NCBI GenBank assembly: GCA_000995415.1
Contig: LCEX01000003.1
Location: forward strand, 15,470 to 79,469
Direction: 5' to 3'
Source of the DNA: Candidatus Gottesmanbacteria bacterium GW2011_GWC1_43_10
GTDB lineage: Bacteria > Patescibacteriota > Microgenomatia > UBA10105
Length of the DNA: 64,000 nucleotides
Positions within the stretch are counted from its first letter, which is position 1. Every line of letters starts with the position of its first letter. This document shows positions 46,826-56,342 of this stretch, piece by piece. The notes below the pieces were generated by a model. It did not search any database. It was not told the origin of the DNA and worked only from the letters and a program-made list of their open reading frames with translations. The translations under genes were made by a program, and so were the position numbers.

Positions 46826-47947
46826 ATGAGTAGAAGTTGGCAAAAAAAACCCACCGGTTTTCAATTTCCGAGCCTGATGGGCTATGACAAGCCGTTGTTA
46901 TTTGTACTTATTGGATTATTGCTTTATGGATTGGTAGCCGTGTTTAATTCTTCGATCGTGACCGCTTTTCGGGATTTTGGTAATCAGTATCACTTCCTTC
47001 GAGACCAGGCGATCTTTTTGAGTATTGGGTTGGTTTTGATGTTTAGCATATCCTTGATTGATTATCACATTTGGTACAAACTCGCGATTCCGCTTTTGTT
47101 TATCACTTTAATCTTGCTATTAAGCGTGTTTATTCCGGGAGTGGGAATCCACGTGTTGGGGGCCAAACGGTGGCTGAATATCGGTTTTTTTACCTTGCAA
47201 CCGACGGAATTTAGTAAACTAGTGCTGGTGATTTACCTTTCGGCTTGGTTTACTTACAAAGAACGGGGACGATTTTTACCGTTTTTGCTTTTATTGGGAC
47301 TCGTGATCGGACTCGTGATGTTGCAACCAGATTTGGGTACGACGGTAATCATTTCGAGTTTGGCAGTGGTGTTGTACTTCGTTTCCGGGATCCCCGTCAT
47401 CCATATATTAGTTTTGATTCCGATAGGTATCGTAGTTGTCGGGCTTTTGGCCATATCAGCACCTTACCGTTTTGCGCGCATTACTAGTTTTCTCAATCCC
47501 AATCAGGATCCGTTGGGAGCCTCATATCACGTGCGGCAGATTCTGATCGCTTTGGGTTCGGGAGGTTGGTTCGGAGTGGGATTGGGTAAGTCACGGCAGA
47601 AATACGCTTATTTGCCGGAAGCCAATACGGACTCGATTTTTGCTATAATCGCAGAAGAAACAGGATTTTTGGGCGCGGGGCTACTGATATTGGCCATGGC
47701 ATTTGTAGCATACCGGATATTTTATCTTGCCCGCCAAGCTCCGGATCGGTTTGGACAATTGCTGGCCTGCGGTATCGGTTCCTGGTTTGCGATTCAAACA
47801 CTCATCAATCTTGGGGCGATGGTCGTATTGTTGCCGCTTACGGGTGTACCTTTGCCCTTGATTTCTTATGGTGGATCGAACTTAATCAGTTTACTTATCG
47901 GATTTGGGATACTACTTAATATTGGACGTCAAAGTAAACACAAATAA
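46826..47947 (+). CDS. ftsW: SEDS peptidoglycan polymerase FtsW
   Basis: 'GAKRW', 'QPTEFSK', 'QPDLGT', 'GLGKSRQK..YLPEANTD.IF', 'ISYGGS'; lies between mraY and murG. Confidence 0.95.
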   Translation: MSRSWQKKPTGFQFPSLMGYDKPLLFVLIGLLLYGLVAVFNSSIVTAFRDFGNQYHFLRDQAIFLSIGLVLMFSISLIDYHIWYKLAIPLLFITLILLLSVFIPGVGIHVLGAKRWLNIGFFTLQPTEFSKLVLVIYLSAWFTYKERGRFLPFLLLLGLVIGLVMLQPDLGTTVIISSLAVVLYFVSGIPVIHILVLIPIGIVVVGLLAISAPYRFARITSFLNPNQDPLGASYHVRQILIALGSGGWFGVGLGKSRQKYAYLPEANTDSIFAIIAEETGFLGAGLLILAMAFVAYRIFYLARQAPDRFGQLLACGIGSWFAIQTLINLGAMVVLLPLTGVPLPLISYGGSNLISLLIGFGILLNIGRQSKHK

Positions 47948-47954
47948 TCAAATT

Positions 47955-49061
47955 ATGCGGAAAATTCTCATTACCGGTGGACATTTGACTCCGGCATTGG
48001 CAGAAATGAGCGAGCTTAAAAAACGTGAGTGGCAGATTTATTATATCGGCAGGAAAAACGCGCTTGAAGGAGACGCTGCCATTTCGCAAGAATACCGGAT
48101 CATCACGAGTCTGGGATACCCGTTTCAAGTGATCACTGCCGGACGGTGGCATAGAGATTTCAATCCGCTCAAAAGCCTATTTTCTCTATTTAAAATTCCG
48201 CTGGGGTTTTGGCAGGCTTTTGTTTATATCAAGAAACTTAATCCGCAAGCGATTTTATCGTTTGGCGGATATGTGGCTTTGCCGGTAGCCATATCAGGTT
48301 GGCTGTGGGGAATACCTGTTGTGACACATGAACAAACATTTGTGCCGGGACTTGCCAACCGAATAATTGGTTTTTTTTGTCGAAAAATTTGTGTTTCGTG
48401 GGCTAAAACACAAAAATATTTCCCACAAACCAAAACAGTCTTAACTGGGATTCCGTTACGGCCGGAGTTGTTTCAGGCTTCTCATAAGTTACCCATCACT
48501 CACGATAAACCGGTAATTTATATCACCGGCGGTAATTTAGGCGCACACAGTCTCAACCTGGTGGTGGCGGAGGCATTACCGCAATTGTTGGAGCATTACA
48601 CTGTGATTCATCAATGCGGCAATGCTCAAAAATACCGCGACTTTGAATATCTAGTTGAGAAACAAAAAACTTTAGTTCAACCACTTCGTGAGCGTTACTT
48701 CGTCTACGAATATATTGATTCTGCAAAAATCGGTTGGGTGTTTAAACACGCAGATTTGATCGTATCCCGGGCCGGAGCCAATGTCATTTGCGAAATCATT
48801 ACTCTTGGAAAACTCGCAATACTTGTGCCGTTACCGTGGTCAGGGGGAGGTGAACAAGAACAAAACGCGAAATATTTGACCGAAGCAAATGCCGCCAGGA
48901 TGCTTTTGCAGCCGCAATTGACAGTTACAAGGTTGTTAACTGAAATCATAGACACATTGGCTCATAAAGAAGAAATTTATGAAAACTTACAAAGTTTACG
49001 TAAAGCAATTGTTCCCGACGCTGCCGCAAAAATCGCTGACGTGATAGAATCAGTCATGTGA
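47955..49061 (+). CDS. murG: MurG glycosyltransferase
   Basis: 'TGGHLTPALA', 'FGGYVALP', 'HEQ', 'GIPLR', 'GGNLGA', 'SRAGAN', 'EQEQNA'. Confidence 0.95.
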   Translation: MRKILITGGHLTPALAEMSELKKREWQIYYIGRKNALEGDAAISQEYRIITSLGYPFQVITAGRWHRDFNPLKSLFSLFKIPLGFWQAFVYIKKLNPQAILSFGGYVALPVAISGWLWGIPVVTHEQTFVPGLANRIIGFFCRKICVSWAKTQKYFPQTKTVLTGIPLRPELFQASHKLPITHDKPVIYITGGNLGAHSLNLVVAEALPQLLEHYTVIHQCGNAQKYRDFEYLVEKQKTLVQPLRERYFVYEYIDSAKIGWVFKHADLIVSRAGANVICEIITLGKLAILVPLPWSGGGEQEQNAKYLTEANAARMLLQPQLTVTRLLTEIIDTLAHKEEIYENLQSLRKAIVPDAAAKIADVIESVM

Positions 49062-49807
49062 AACGGCGGTTCAAATTTATCCTCAATTTTATCTTGCCGG
49101 TTTTGACCATTTTGTTATTGTTCGTTGGCGGATATGTAGTCCTCACCGGGCCGTTTTTTAAAGTCAACACGATTTATATTGATGCTTACCCTGATATATT
49201 TTCCGATGTAAGTTTGTTTAAACAGCCACGCAATTTATTGTGGTTATCACTTCCCCAGCTTCAAGTTGATATTGGTAAGCGCTATCCGGCTGTTCTGACA
49301 GCTGATATCAAAAAAAATTACCCGCGCAGTTTATACATAAAAATCACTGAGCGCACGCCGGTGGTGATAGCAAATATTGAGCAAAAAATTTACTATTTTG
49401 CTGCTGATGGGATGGTACTACCAGAGCTTTCCAGATATAAAAACCAAAGTTATCCATTGATCGAATGCCAAATACTAAATCCAGCTCCGGGAAAAATAGT
49501 GCGGGAGGAGGCTGTTTTGGGAGCGTTTAAGATAGTTGCTGCTCTTACTGCCAACGGTTTTATCAAGCTAAATCAACTAAAATGTGTATCCGAAACTGAT
49601 TTTTCATTACTAGTTGATGGTGTCCGAGTAATTTTTTTGCCAAGGTCAGATGCTGGCAAGATCGTAGACTCTTTACAATTCTTGTTTAAACAGTTTAGAA
49701 TAGAAGGAAAGCGACCGGAGACTATCGACCTGCGGTTTGCTAAACCAATTTTAAATCCAGTTGAGGGAACTGGAGCTAGTCAGTCAACCGGATCTGGAAG
49801 CCGTTAA
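49058..49807 (+). CDS. ftsQ: Cell division protein FtsQ/DivIB-like
   Basis: TM, POTRA-like 'KNYPRSL.I.ITERTP', C-terminal 'IDLRF'; directly before ftsA. Confidence 0.8.
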   Translation: MKRRFKFILNFILPVLTILLLFVGGYVVLTGPFFKVNTIYIDAYPDIFSDVSLFKQPRNLLWLSLPQLQVDIGKRYPAVLTADIKKNYPRSLYIKITERTPVVIANIEQKIYYFAADGMVLPELSRYKNQSYPLIECQILNPAPGKIVREEAVLGAFKIVAALTANGFIKLNQLKCVSETDFSLLVDGVRVIFLPRSDAGKIVDSLQFLFKQFRIEGKRPETIDLRFAKPILNPVEGTGASQSTGSGSR

Positions 49808-49840
49808 CTACACGCAAAAAGCAGACTGCGCACAAATTTT

Positions 49841-51133
49841 ATGCGAGATCGAATCGTAGCCGGAATTGATATCGGCACCACCAAAATCGTGACCATTATC
49901 GCCGCTCTTAAAGAAGACGCGCCACTTCATGTTTTGGGAGTCGCGACAGTCGAGAGTAAAGGCATCCGCAAAGGTTTGGTCGTAGATATAGAAGATGCGA
50001 TAGCTGCCATCTCACCCGCACTCGAAGGAGCGGAACGCATGGCTGGAACTTCGGTCACAAGTGCATTTGTGAGTATCGGTGGCAGTCACATCTCTTCCCA
50101 AAATTCACATGGTGTCGTGGCAGTAGCCGACCCCGAAAAAGAAATCACTGTCACTGACGTGCAAAGGGTGATTGACGCTGCCAAAGCCGTATCGCTACCT
50201 TCGTCACGGGAAATACTCCATGTTCTGCCGCGAGGATTTATAGTCGACGGCCAGGAAGGAATCGCCGATCCGGTAGGGATGACCGGCGTCAGGCTGGAAG
50301 TAGAGACGCATCTTGTGACAGGCGGATCAACCGGCATCAAAAATCTGCATAAATGCGTTGAAGAATTGGGAGTACATGTATCGGGAATGGTATTTGGTGG
50401 ACTAGCGTCAGCCCAAGCAGTGCTTTCGGATACGGAAAAAGAATTGGGCGTTACTTTGGTAGACATCGGTGGGGGGACTACGGATGTGGCCATTTATGTA
50501 GAAGGAGCATTATCTTATTCATCGGTGATCCCGATTGGCGCCAAAAATATCACAAGCGATTTGGCAGTCGGACTACGCGTATCTTTGGAAAGCTCAGAAA
50601 AAATCAAACTGCTGCTTTCCCAAAAGCATAAAATCCCGGCATTACCAGAAATGGAAGGCAGGCCGAAACAAAAGCTAGAAGATGAGATCGATTTAAGTAT
50701 GTTGAGTTTGCCTGAAGAACTGAAAAAAGTTTCCCGCAAAACTTTGATCGAGGGGATCATCAAACCCCGCTTAAACGAGATCTTCACCATGGTGGGACTG
50801 GAAATTAAAAAGAGCGGTTTCGGCGGAATGACGCCTTCTGGTGTCGTAGTTTGCGGCGGCGGAGCCGAGACAGTCGGGATCGCTGAAGCAGCCCGCAGAA
50901 ATTTAGCCATGCCAGTCAGAATCGGGATCCCCACCAATATTTCGGGATTAGTAGATGAGATCCTGACGCCAGCTTATGCGGCAAGTGTGGGATTGGTCCA
51001 GTATGGAGCCAAAATGTCACCCCAGACCGAATCGACATCACTACTAGGAAGTATGGGGAAGATCGGCGACAAGTTTCCGATCAAAGGCATATTCGGCAAA
51101 ATTTTAAACACTTTGAAACCTTTTTTGCCTTGA
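49841..51133 (+). CDS. ftsA: Cell division protein FtsA
   Basis: 'IDIGTTKI', 'DPVGMTGVRLE', 'VDIGGGTTD', 'GGGA'. Confidence 0.97.
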   Translation: MRDRIVAGIDIGTTKIVTIIAALKEDAPLHVLGVATVESKGIRKGLVVDIEDAIAAISPALEGAERMAGTSVTSAFVSIGGSHISSQNSHGVVAVADPEKEITVTDVQRVIDAAKAVSLPSSREILHVLPRGFIVDGQEGIADPVGMTGVRLEVETHLVTGGSTGIKNLHKCVEELGVHVSGMVFGGLASAQAVLSDTEKELGVTLVDIGGGTTDVAIYVEGALSYSSVIPIGAKNITSDLAVGLRVSLESSEKIKLLLSQKHKIPALPEMEGRPKQKLEDEIDLSMLSLPEELKKVSRKTLIEGIIKPRLNEIFTMVGLEIKKSGFGGMTPSGVVVCGGGAETVGIAEAARRNLAMPVRIGIPTNISGLVDEILTPAYAASVGLVQYGAKMSPQTESTSLLGSMGKIGDKFPIKGIFGKILNTLKPFLP

Positions 51134-51285
51134 GTTTACAGACTGATAAAAATAGTATATAAATAAATAAACTTCTGCCCCGGCTTTGCCAGCTTGAACA
51201 CCACTTAGTGCCGTGATACTATACGGCCTGCCTTGCCCACAAATGACTTTCGTTGATGACAAAAAGTTATCAATAAAATAAGTAT

Positions 51286-52431
51286 ATGTTGATAAAGCCT
51301 GACATTGCCCGTTTTGCCAAAATCAAAGTCGTCGGCATCGGTGGCGGCGGGTGCAATGCTTTAAATTCCATGATCTCCGTATCTCAAATCCAGGGCGTTG
51401 ATTTCATCGGTATAAATACTGATGCCCAGGCGCTTTTGACCAATCAATCTCCGACCAAGATCCAAATCGGCGAAAACCTGACTCGAGGCTTGGGATCTGG
51501 TGGTAACCCGGAAGTGGGCAAACAAGCTGCCGAAGAATCACGCGAAAAAATCAAGGAACATCTCATCGATTCGGACATGATCTTTTTGACTTGTGGTGAA
51601 GGTGGCGGGACGGGGACCGGAGCCAGTCCGATTGTAGCGGAAATAGCAAAGGAAGTTGGGGCGTTGACAGTGGCGGTCGTGACCAAACCGTTTACCTTTG
51701 AAGGAACCCGCCGGATGGTGCAGGCAGAGGATGGGATAGTCCAACTCAAAGAAAAGGTCGATACGCTCATCGTGATCCCGAATCAGCGGATCCTGGATGT
51801 GGTGGACAAAAAATTAACCCTGATTGAGGCATTTCGAGTAGCTGATAGCGTGTTGGGTCAGGGGGTGCAGGGAATTTCAGATCTGATCACTACACCGGGT
51901 TTGATTAACGTCGATTTTGCAGACGTACGTACCATCATGACCAATGCCGGTTCGGCTCTGATGGGGATCGGTACCGGCACCGGCCAAAACCGCGCCACAG
52001 CTGCCGCCCGGATGGCGATCGCTTCGCCACTTCTTGAGATTTCAGTTGAGGGAGCCAAAGGAGTATTATTTAATATCACCGGCGGTAAAGATATGACCAT
52101 GTCCGAGGTCGATGAGGCGGCCAAGATGATATCCGAGGCAGTTGATCCGGATGCCAATATCATTTTTGGCGCGACCATTGATGAAAATATGGTGGACCAG
52201 GTCAAGATCGCAGTGATCGCGACCGGTTTTGACGAGACACGCAAAACGTTGCGCGGACTGACGAGTCCGTTTGTTCAGGCGACGACCTCAACGACCAAAA
52301 CTGATGACACGCAGACCCAAAAACCCCAGGATGAAGAAACGCCCCCCTCCCAACCACCTCCGGTTTCCGACTTTCCCACAGAGGATGATGACAAATGGGA
52401 TATTCCGGCGTTTTTGAGACAGGGGAGATAG
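51286..52431 (+). CDS. ftsZ: Cell division protein FtsZ
   Basis: 'GGGGCNA', 'GGGTGTGA', 'NVDFAD', C-terminal 'DIPAFLR'. Confidence 0.99.
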   Translation: MLIKPDIARFAKIKVVGIGGGGCNALNSMISVSQIQGVDFIGINTDAQALLTNQSPTKIQIGENLTRGLGSGGNPEVGKQAAEESREKIKEHLIDSDMIFLTCGEGGGTGTGASPIVAEIAKEVGALTVAVVTKPFTFEGTRRMVQAEDGIVQLKEKVDTLIVIPNQRILDVVDKKLTLIEAFRVADSVLGQGVQGISDLITTPGLINVDFADVRTIMTNAGSALMGIGTGTGQNRATAAARMAIASPLLEISVEGAKGVLFNITGGKDMTMSEVDEAAKMISEAVDPDANIIFGATIDENMVDQVKIAVIATGFDETRKTLRGLTSPFVQATTSTTKTDDTQTQKPQDEETPPSQPPPVSDFPTEDDDKWDIPAFLRQGR

Positions 52432-52437
52432 AATTTG

Positions 52438-52599
52438 CCCGGTGTGTCTAGCCACCCCACACCCGGTGTGGGTTAATTTTTCTATTTACGATTTCCCGGA
52501 TCGTCAAATATGTAACGATCCAGGATCGTTAATCATTCATTTTCCCTGGTAAACTGCAACTTCAAAAACTCCGGCAATAACCCGCGTCGGGTGTGGGTT
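52438..52599. repeat. Cluster of palindromes downstream of ftsZ
   Basis: CCCACACCCGGTGTGGG (52456-52472), ACGAT..GGATCGT twice, AACCCGCGTCGGGTGTGGGTT. Confidence 0.75.
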
Positions 52600-52628
52600 C
52601 AACTTATTTTTACAGTAGGGAAGGTAAC

Positions 52629-52934
52629 CTAGAGATAGGATGGATTAATCAAACCACCTGAAGGTGCAGCTCCCTTAACTTCTTTTTGAGCTATTGGACA
52701 TTCCGAAGTCGAAGAATTTGGATAAATACAAAAAGTTACTGATTCACCATCCCGTTCGGCAATTAAACAAACTGGTTTATTCTCAATTCCTGCGCCAGCA
52801 TAAACAGCTCCAGCTCTACCGTGAGTTTTATTAATTAATTTTCTCATTGCTTCTTGGGTTGTTCTGTATTCACAATAACTTGCTTGATCTGGTGTAGGCA
52901 TAATGAGGGCTATTTTACCTCTCTCTCTCAACAT
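52629..52934 (-). CDS. Hypothetical protein
   Basis: ~100-aa ORF divergent from ileS, four Cys; no family recognised. Confidence 0.5.
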   Translation of the reverse strand: MLRERGKIALIMPTPDQASYCEYRTTQEAMRKLINKTHGRAGAVYAGAGIENKPVCLIAERDGESVTFCIYPNSSTSECPIAQKEVKGAAPSGGLINPSYL

Positions 52935-52962
52935 TGTCAAATTAAGTGGGTTTTGCTATACT
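52934..52962 (+). promoter_or_regulatory. Sigma70 promoter for the ileS leader
   Basis: TTGTCA-17 nt-TATACT with a TG extended -10. Confidence 0.75.
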
Positions 52963-52976
52963 TCAAAGTAGATAAA

Positions 52977-53205
52977 AGCGTTTGAGATTGGCTATCACCA
53001 ATCGATGCTGCTGGAAGAAATTAGAACGAGATTCTGTATTAAGTTCAGGATGGCGTCTTAAAGTAGATCCAGATGGGTAAGCCCGTAAAAGCTGAATTGA
53101 GAGTGGGCAGTTCACAGTGTGCAGTTTGCAGTAATTTTCTGCTAACTGCCTACTGCAGACTGCAAACTAAATTAAGGTGGTACCGCGGACATCCGTTCGC
53201 CCTTA
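52977..53205 (+). promoter_or_regulatory. Isoleucine T-box riboswitch (ultrashort Stem I, Stem II, IIA/B, Stem III)
   Basis: GATTGG-CTATCA-CCAATC with ATC specifier at 52994-52996; CTGGAAGAA/AGTAGATCCAG; ATGGGTAAGCCCGT; TAAGG-TGGTACC-GCGGAC/GTTCGC-CCTTA. Confidence 0.92.
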
Positions 53206-53234
53206 TAGTATAGTAGTAAGGGGAACGGTTTTTT
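53193..53234 (+). terminator. Attenuator terminator of the Ile T-box
   Basis: CCGTTCGCCCTTA/TAAGGGGAACGG followed by TTTTTT. Confidence 0.88.
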
Positions 53235-53288
53235 GATGGCTCGTTAATGAAGAAAAACGAAGTTTTGATGAATTTACGAGCCGATCAA

Positions 53289-53371
53289 TCCGCCTTTGGC
53301 GGATATAGCTCAAAATAGATTCCCGCTTTTCCGCCAGAGGCGGATCGGCCTTTGGCCGACGCGGGAATGAC
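53289..53371. repeat. 15-nt hairpin plus a REP half interrupted by a 30-nt module
   Basis: TCCGCCTTTGGCGGA (53289-53303); GATTCCCGCTTT[TCCGCCAGAGGCGGATCGGCCTTTGGCCGA]CGCGGGAATGAC. Confidence 0.88.
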
Positions 53372-53408
53372 AAATTTCTTTTTCAGTGCTCAGTATGATT
53401 ATGAATAT

Positions 53409-56342
53409 ATGACGACGCTTAAACTTACCAACTTTCAACAAAAATACAATTTACCGGAGCTGGAGCATCGGGTTTTGGAGTTTTGGGATGAAACTCAGGC
53501 TTTTCAAAAATCCGTGGACACCCGCGACCCCCAAAAACCTTATGTCTTTTATGATGGTCCGCCGTTTGCGACCGGACTTCCCCATTACGGCCACATTTTA
53601 GCCTCAACCATCAAAGACGTGGTGCCTCGTTATTGGACCATGAAAGGCTTCAGAGTCAATCGCGTCTGGGGCTGGGATTGTCACGGGATTCCGATTGAAA
53701 ACATGATTGAGAAAGAATTGGATCTCAAAGGCGGCAAAAAAGGGATTGAAGAAATGGGGATTGATAAATTTAACGCTGCTTGTAGGGCGGCAATTCTTCG
53801 CTTTGATAAAGAGTGGGAAAAAGTGATCAGGCGCATCGGCCGCTGGGTCGATTTTAAAAATAGTTATAAAACCATGGACAAATCGTTTATGGAATCTGTC
53901 TGGTGGGCTTTCAAAACTTTGCACGACAAAGGTTTGGTTTATGAAGGCAAGCGGGTGATTTTGTATTGTCCGCGGTGTGCCACTCCGCTTTCAAACTTCG
54001 AAATCGCCATGGACAATAGTTACAAAGATGTTGAAGATAATTCTGTTTATGTGAAATTTCGGGTCAAAGGTAAAACGAATGAATATTTTGTAGCGTGGAC
54101 CACTACTCCCTGGACACTTATCGGTAATGTGGCTTTGGCCGTTGATGCCAAAGCTCAGTATGTCAAAGTGAAATCGGGAGATGAATATCTATGGATGGCT
54201 GAACGTCTTGTTAATGTCATCCTGAACAAAGTGAAGGATCTAGCGACCAAAGGGAGCGTTGACGCTTCGCTAGATTCTTCGGCTCCGCCTCAGAATGACA
54301 TGTTAATCCTCGAAACGGTTAAAGGAAGTGCGCTCGCTGGTAGAGAATATGAGCCTTTATATTCCTATATGCCACTTGATGGAAAAAAAGCCTACTACGT
54401 GGGAGCGGCTGATTTTGTGTCGCTTGAAGAAGGAACTGGTCTAGTGCATACGGCTGCAATCTTTGGAGAAGATGATTATCGTTTTGCCGTCCAGCACGAT
54501 TTACCACGCGTTCCGACGCTTGATGATCAGGGAAAATTTTTGGATTTTGTTACACCTCTTAAAGGTGTATTTTACAAAAAAGGAGAAAGTTGGATTGTTG
54601 ATGATTTAAGCAAAAGAGGATTGATGCTACGAGCTGAAAAAACGATTCACTCATACCCATTTTGCTATCGGTGTGAGACGCCGCTTTATTACAACGCTGT
54701 TCCGGCTTGGTTTATCAATGTCCAAAAAATCAAACCCGAACTTCTCAAACAAAATGAAAATATCAATTGGTATCCGAAGCATCTTAAACACGGCCGGTTT
54801 GGAAAGGGTTTGGAAACTGCACCGGATTGGAATATTTCCCGGTCTCGGTATTGGGGGACGCCGATGCCGGTCTGGCGAAGCCAAACAGTTCAAAGTTCAA
54901 AGTTAAAAGTTAAAAGTGAAGTAGGAAAAGATTTTAGAATAATTGGATCCTTGGAAGAATTAAAAAAGTGGGCAGTGGATCCACGACAAGTTGAAAAGTT
55001 AACTGATATTCACCGCGAATATTTAGATGATTTGGAAGTTTGGGTGGACGGGGCCAAAACCATCAAAGGCAAACGCGTCCCGGAGGTTTTTGACTGCTGG
55101 ATTGAATCCGGAAGTATGCCATATGCGTCGCTTCATTACCCATTTGCCAACGAACAAACATTTAAAAATAGTCATCCGGCCCAATTTATCGCCGAGTATA
55201 TCGCCCAAACCCGGGCTTGGTTTTATACTTTGCATGTCATGAGTGTGGGACTTTTTGACAAACATACATTTGAAAATGCCGTGACGACCGGGACGATTTT
55301 AGCCGAAGATGGTACCAAAATGAGTAAGTCGAAGAAAAATTTCCCCGACCCCACCTTGCTTTTTGAAAAATATGGCGTTGATGCTTTGCGTTTTTATTTG
55401 ATGTCGTCGGTCGTGATGAAGGGAGAGAATTTGAATTTTTCCGAGGCCCAAGTCAAAGAACTTTTTCAAAAAACAGTGCAACTATTGTGGAACACTTTTA
55501 GCTTTTATAAATTATACGCCCAAGATAATTATCAAATAAAAGCGCTTGATCAGCTTGAGATAACGCAAGTTTTGGATAAGTGGATAGTGAGCAAAACTCA
55601 TTCACTGATTAAATCAGTTTCTCAGGCCATGGATCATTACGACACGGTGACGAGTTGCCGAGCAATTTTGGAATTTATTAACGAATTATCTACTTGGTAT
55701 TTGCGCCGCTCGCGTGAACGTTTCAAAGAAAATCCAGCGGCGATGGAGGTGTTTGGCTGGGTACTTAAACAATTGGTTTTGGTGATGGCGCCGTTTACGC
55801 CGTTTATTTCAGAACTCATCTATCAAAATTTGTTGGCAGGAGAATCGGTACACCTCGGTTCTTGGCCAACTTGGGACGAGAATCATATTCACGAACAACT
55901 TGAAGAAAACATGACACTTGTCAGACAGATTGTGGAAAAAGCTCATGCTCAGAGAAAAGCAGCGCAAATTAAAGTCAGACAACCATTATCTGAATTACGA
56001 ATTACGAATTACGAATTACGAATTGAAAATGAGTTATTGGAAATAATAAAGGAAGAAGTAAATGTTAAGAAAATATTAGTTGTGCAAGGAAAAGGTGAAC
56101 TTGAGGTTACACTTGATACAGAATTGACAGATGAGCTAAAGATTGAAGGAAAAGCCAGGGAACTCATCCGCCTGATCCAGGATTTGCGCAAAGAAAAAGG
56201 CTTAGGAGTCAGTGAGAAAGTCAAAATACAACTTACAAAAACCTATGCAGATTTACCTCAAGATTTACTAGCAGACGTCAAACGCAAAACTCTGGTAGAA
56301 TCTGTGGTATGGGGCGACAAACTCGAACTTTTGCCTGGTTAG
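53409..56342 (+). CDS. ileS: Isoleucine--tRNA ligase, type 2 (eukaryote/archaea-like)
   Basis: 'DGPPFATGLPHYGH', 'GWDCHG', 'WTTTPWTL', 'DWNISRSRYWGTP', 'KMSKS'; ATG at 53409 preferred. Confidence 0.97.
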   Translation: MTTLKLTNFQQKYNLPELEHRVLEFWDETQAFQKSVDTRDPQKPYVFYDGPPFATGLPHYGHILASTIKDVVPRYWTMKGFRVNRVWGWDCHGIPIENMIEKELDLKGGKKGIEEMGIDKFNAACRAAILRFDKEWEKVIRRIGRWVDFKNSYKTMDKSFMESVWWAFKTLHDKGLVYEGKRVILYCPRCATPLSNFEIAMDNSYKDVEDNSVYVKFRVKGKTNEYFVAWTTTPWTLIGNVALAVDAKAQYVKVKSGDEYLWMAERLVNVILNKVKDLATKGSVDASLDSSAPPQNDMLILETVKGSALAGREYEPLYSYMPLDGKKAYYVGAADFVSLEEGTGLVHTAAIFGEDDYRFAVQHDLPRVPTLDDQGKFLDFVTPLKGVFYKKGESWIVDDLSKRGLMLRAEKTIHSYPFCYRCETPLYYNAVPAWFINVQKIKPELLKQNENINWYPKHLKHGRFGKGLETAPDWNISRSRYWGTPMPVWRSQTVQSSKLKVKSEVGKDFRIIGSLEELKKWAVDPRQVEKLTDIHREYLDDLEVWVDGAKTIKGKRVPEVFDCWIESGSMPYASLHYPFANEQTFKNSHPAQFIAEYIAQTRAWFYTLHVMSVGLFDKHTFENAVTTGTILAEDGTKMSKSKKNFPDPTLLFEKYGVDALRFYLMSSVVMKGENLNFSEAQVKELFQKTVQLLWNTFSFYKLYAQDNYQIKALDQLEITQVLDKWIVSKTHSLIKSVSQAMDHYDTVTSCRAILEFINELSTWYLRRSRERFKENPAAMEVFGWVLKQLVLVMAPFTPFISELIYQNLLAGESVHLGSWPTWDENHIHEQLEENMTLVRQIVEKAHAQRKAAQIKVRQPLSELRITNYELRIENELLEIIKEEVNVKKILVVQGKGELEVTLDTELTDELKIEGKARELIRLIQDLRKEKGLGVSEKVKIQLTKTYADLPQDLLADVKRKTLVESVVWGDKLELLPG
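54216..54299. repeat. GTCAT...ATGAC palindrome dimer in-frame within ileS
   Basis: 84 nt = 28 codons (VILNKVKDLATKGSVDASLDSSAPPQND). Confidence 0.85.
54885..54919 (+). repeat. Heptamer array (AAAGTTM, about 5 units) in ileS
   Basis: ACAGTTC AAAGTTC AAAGTTA AAAGTTA AAAGTGA. Confidence 0.8.
55992..56024 (+). repeat. Heptamer tandem repeat (GAATTAC)x4.7 in ileS
   Basis: Read directly; encodes ELRITNYELRI. Confidence 0.9.

Noticed and set aside
54200-54310. Intein or self-splicing intron in ileS
   Set aside because: Only 28 codons, no Cys/Ser...His-Asn termini and no group I/II core; explained by a palindromic repeat.
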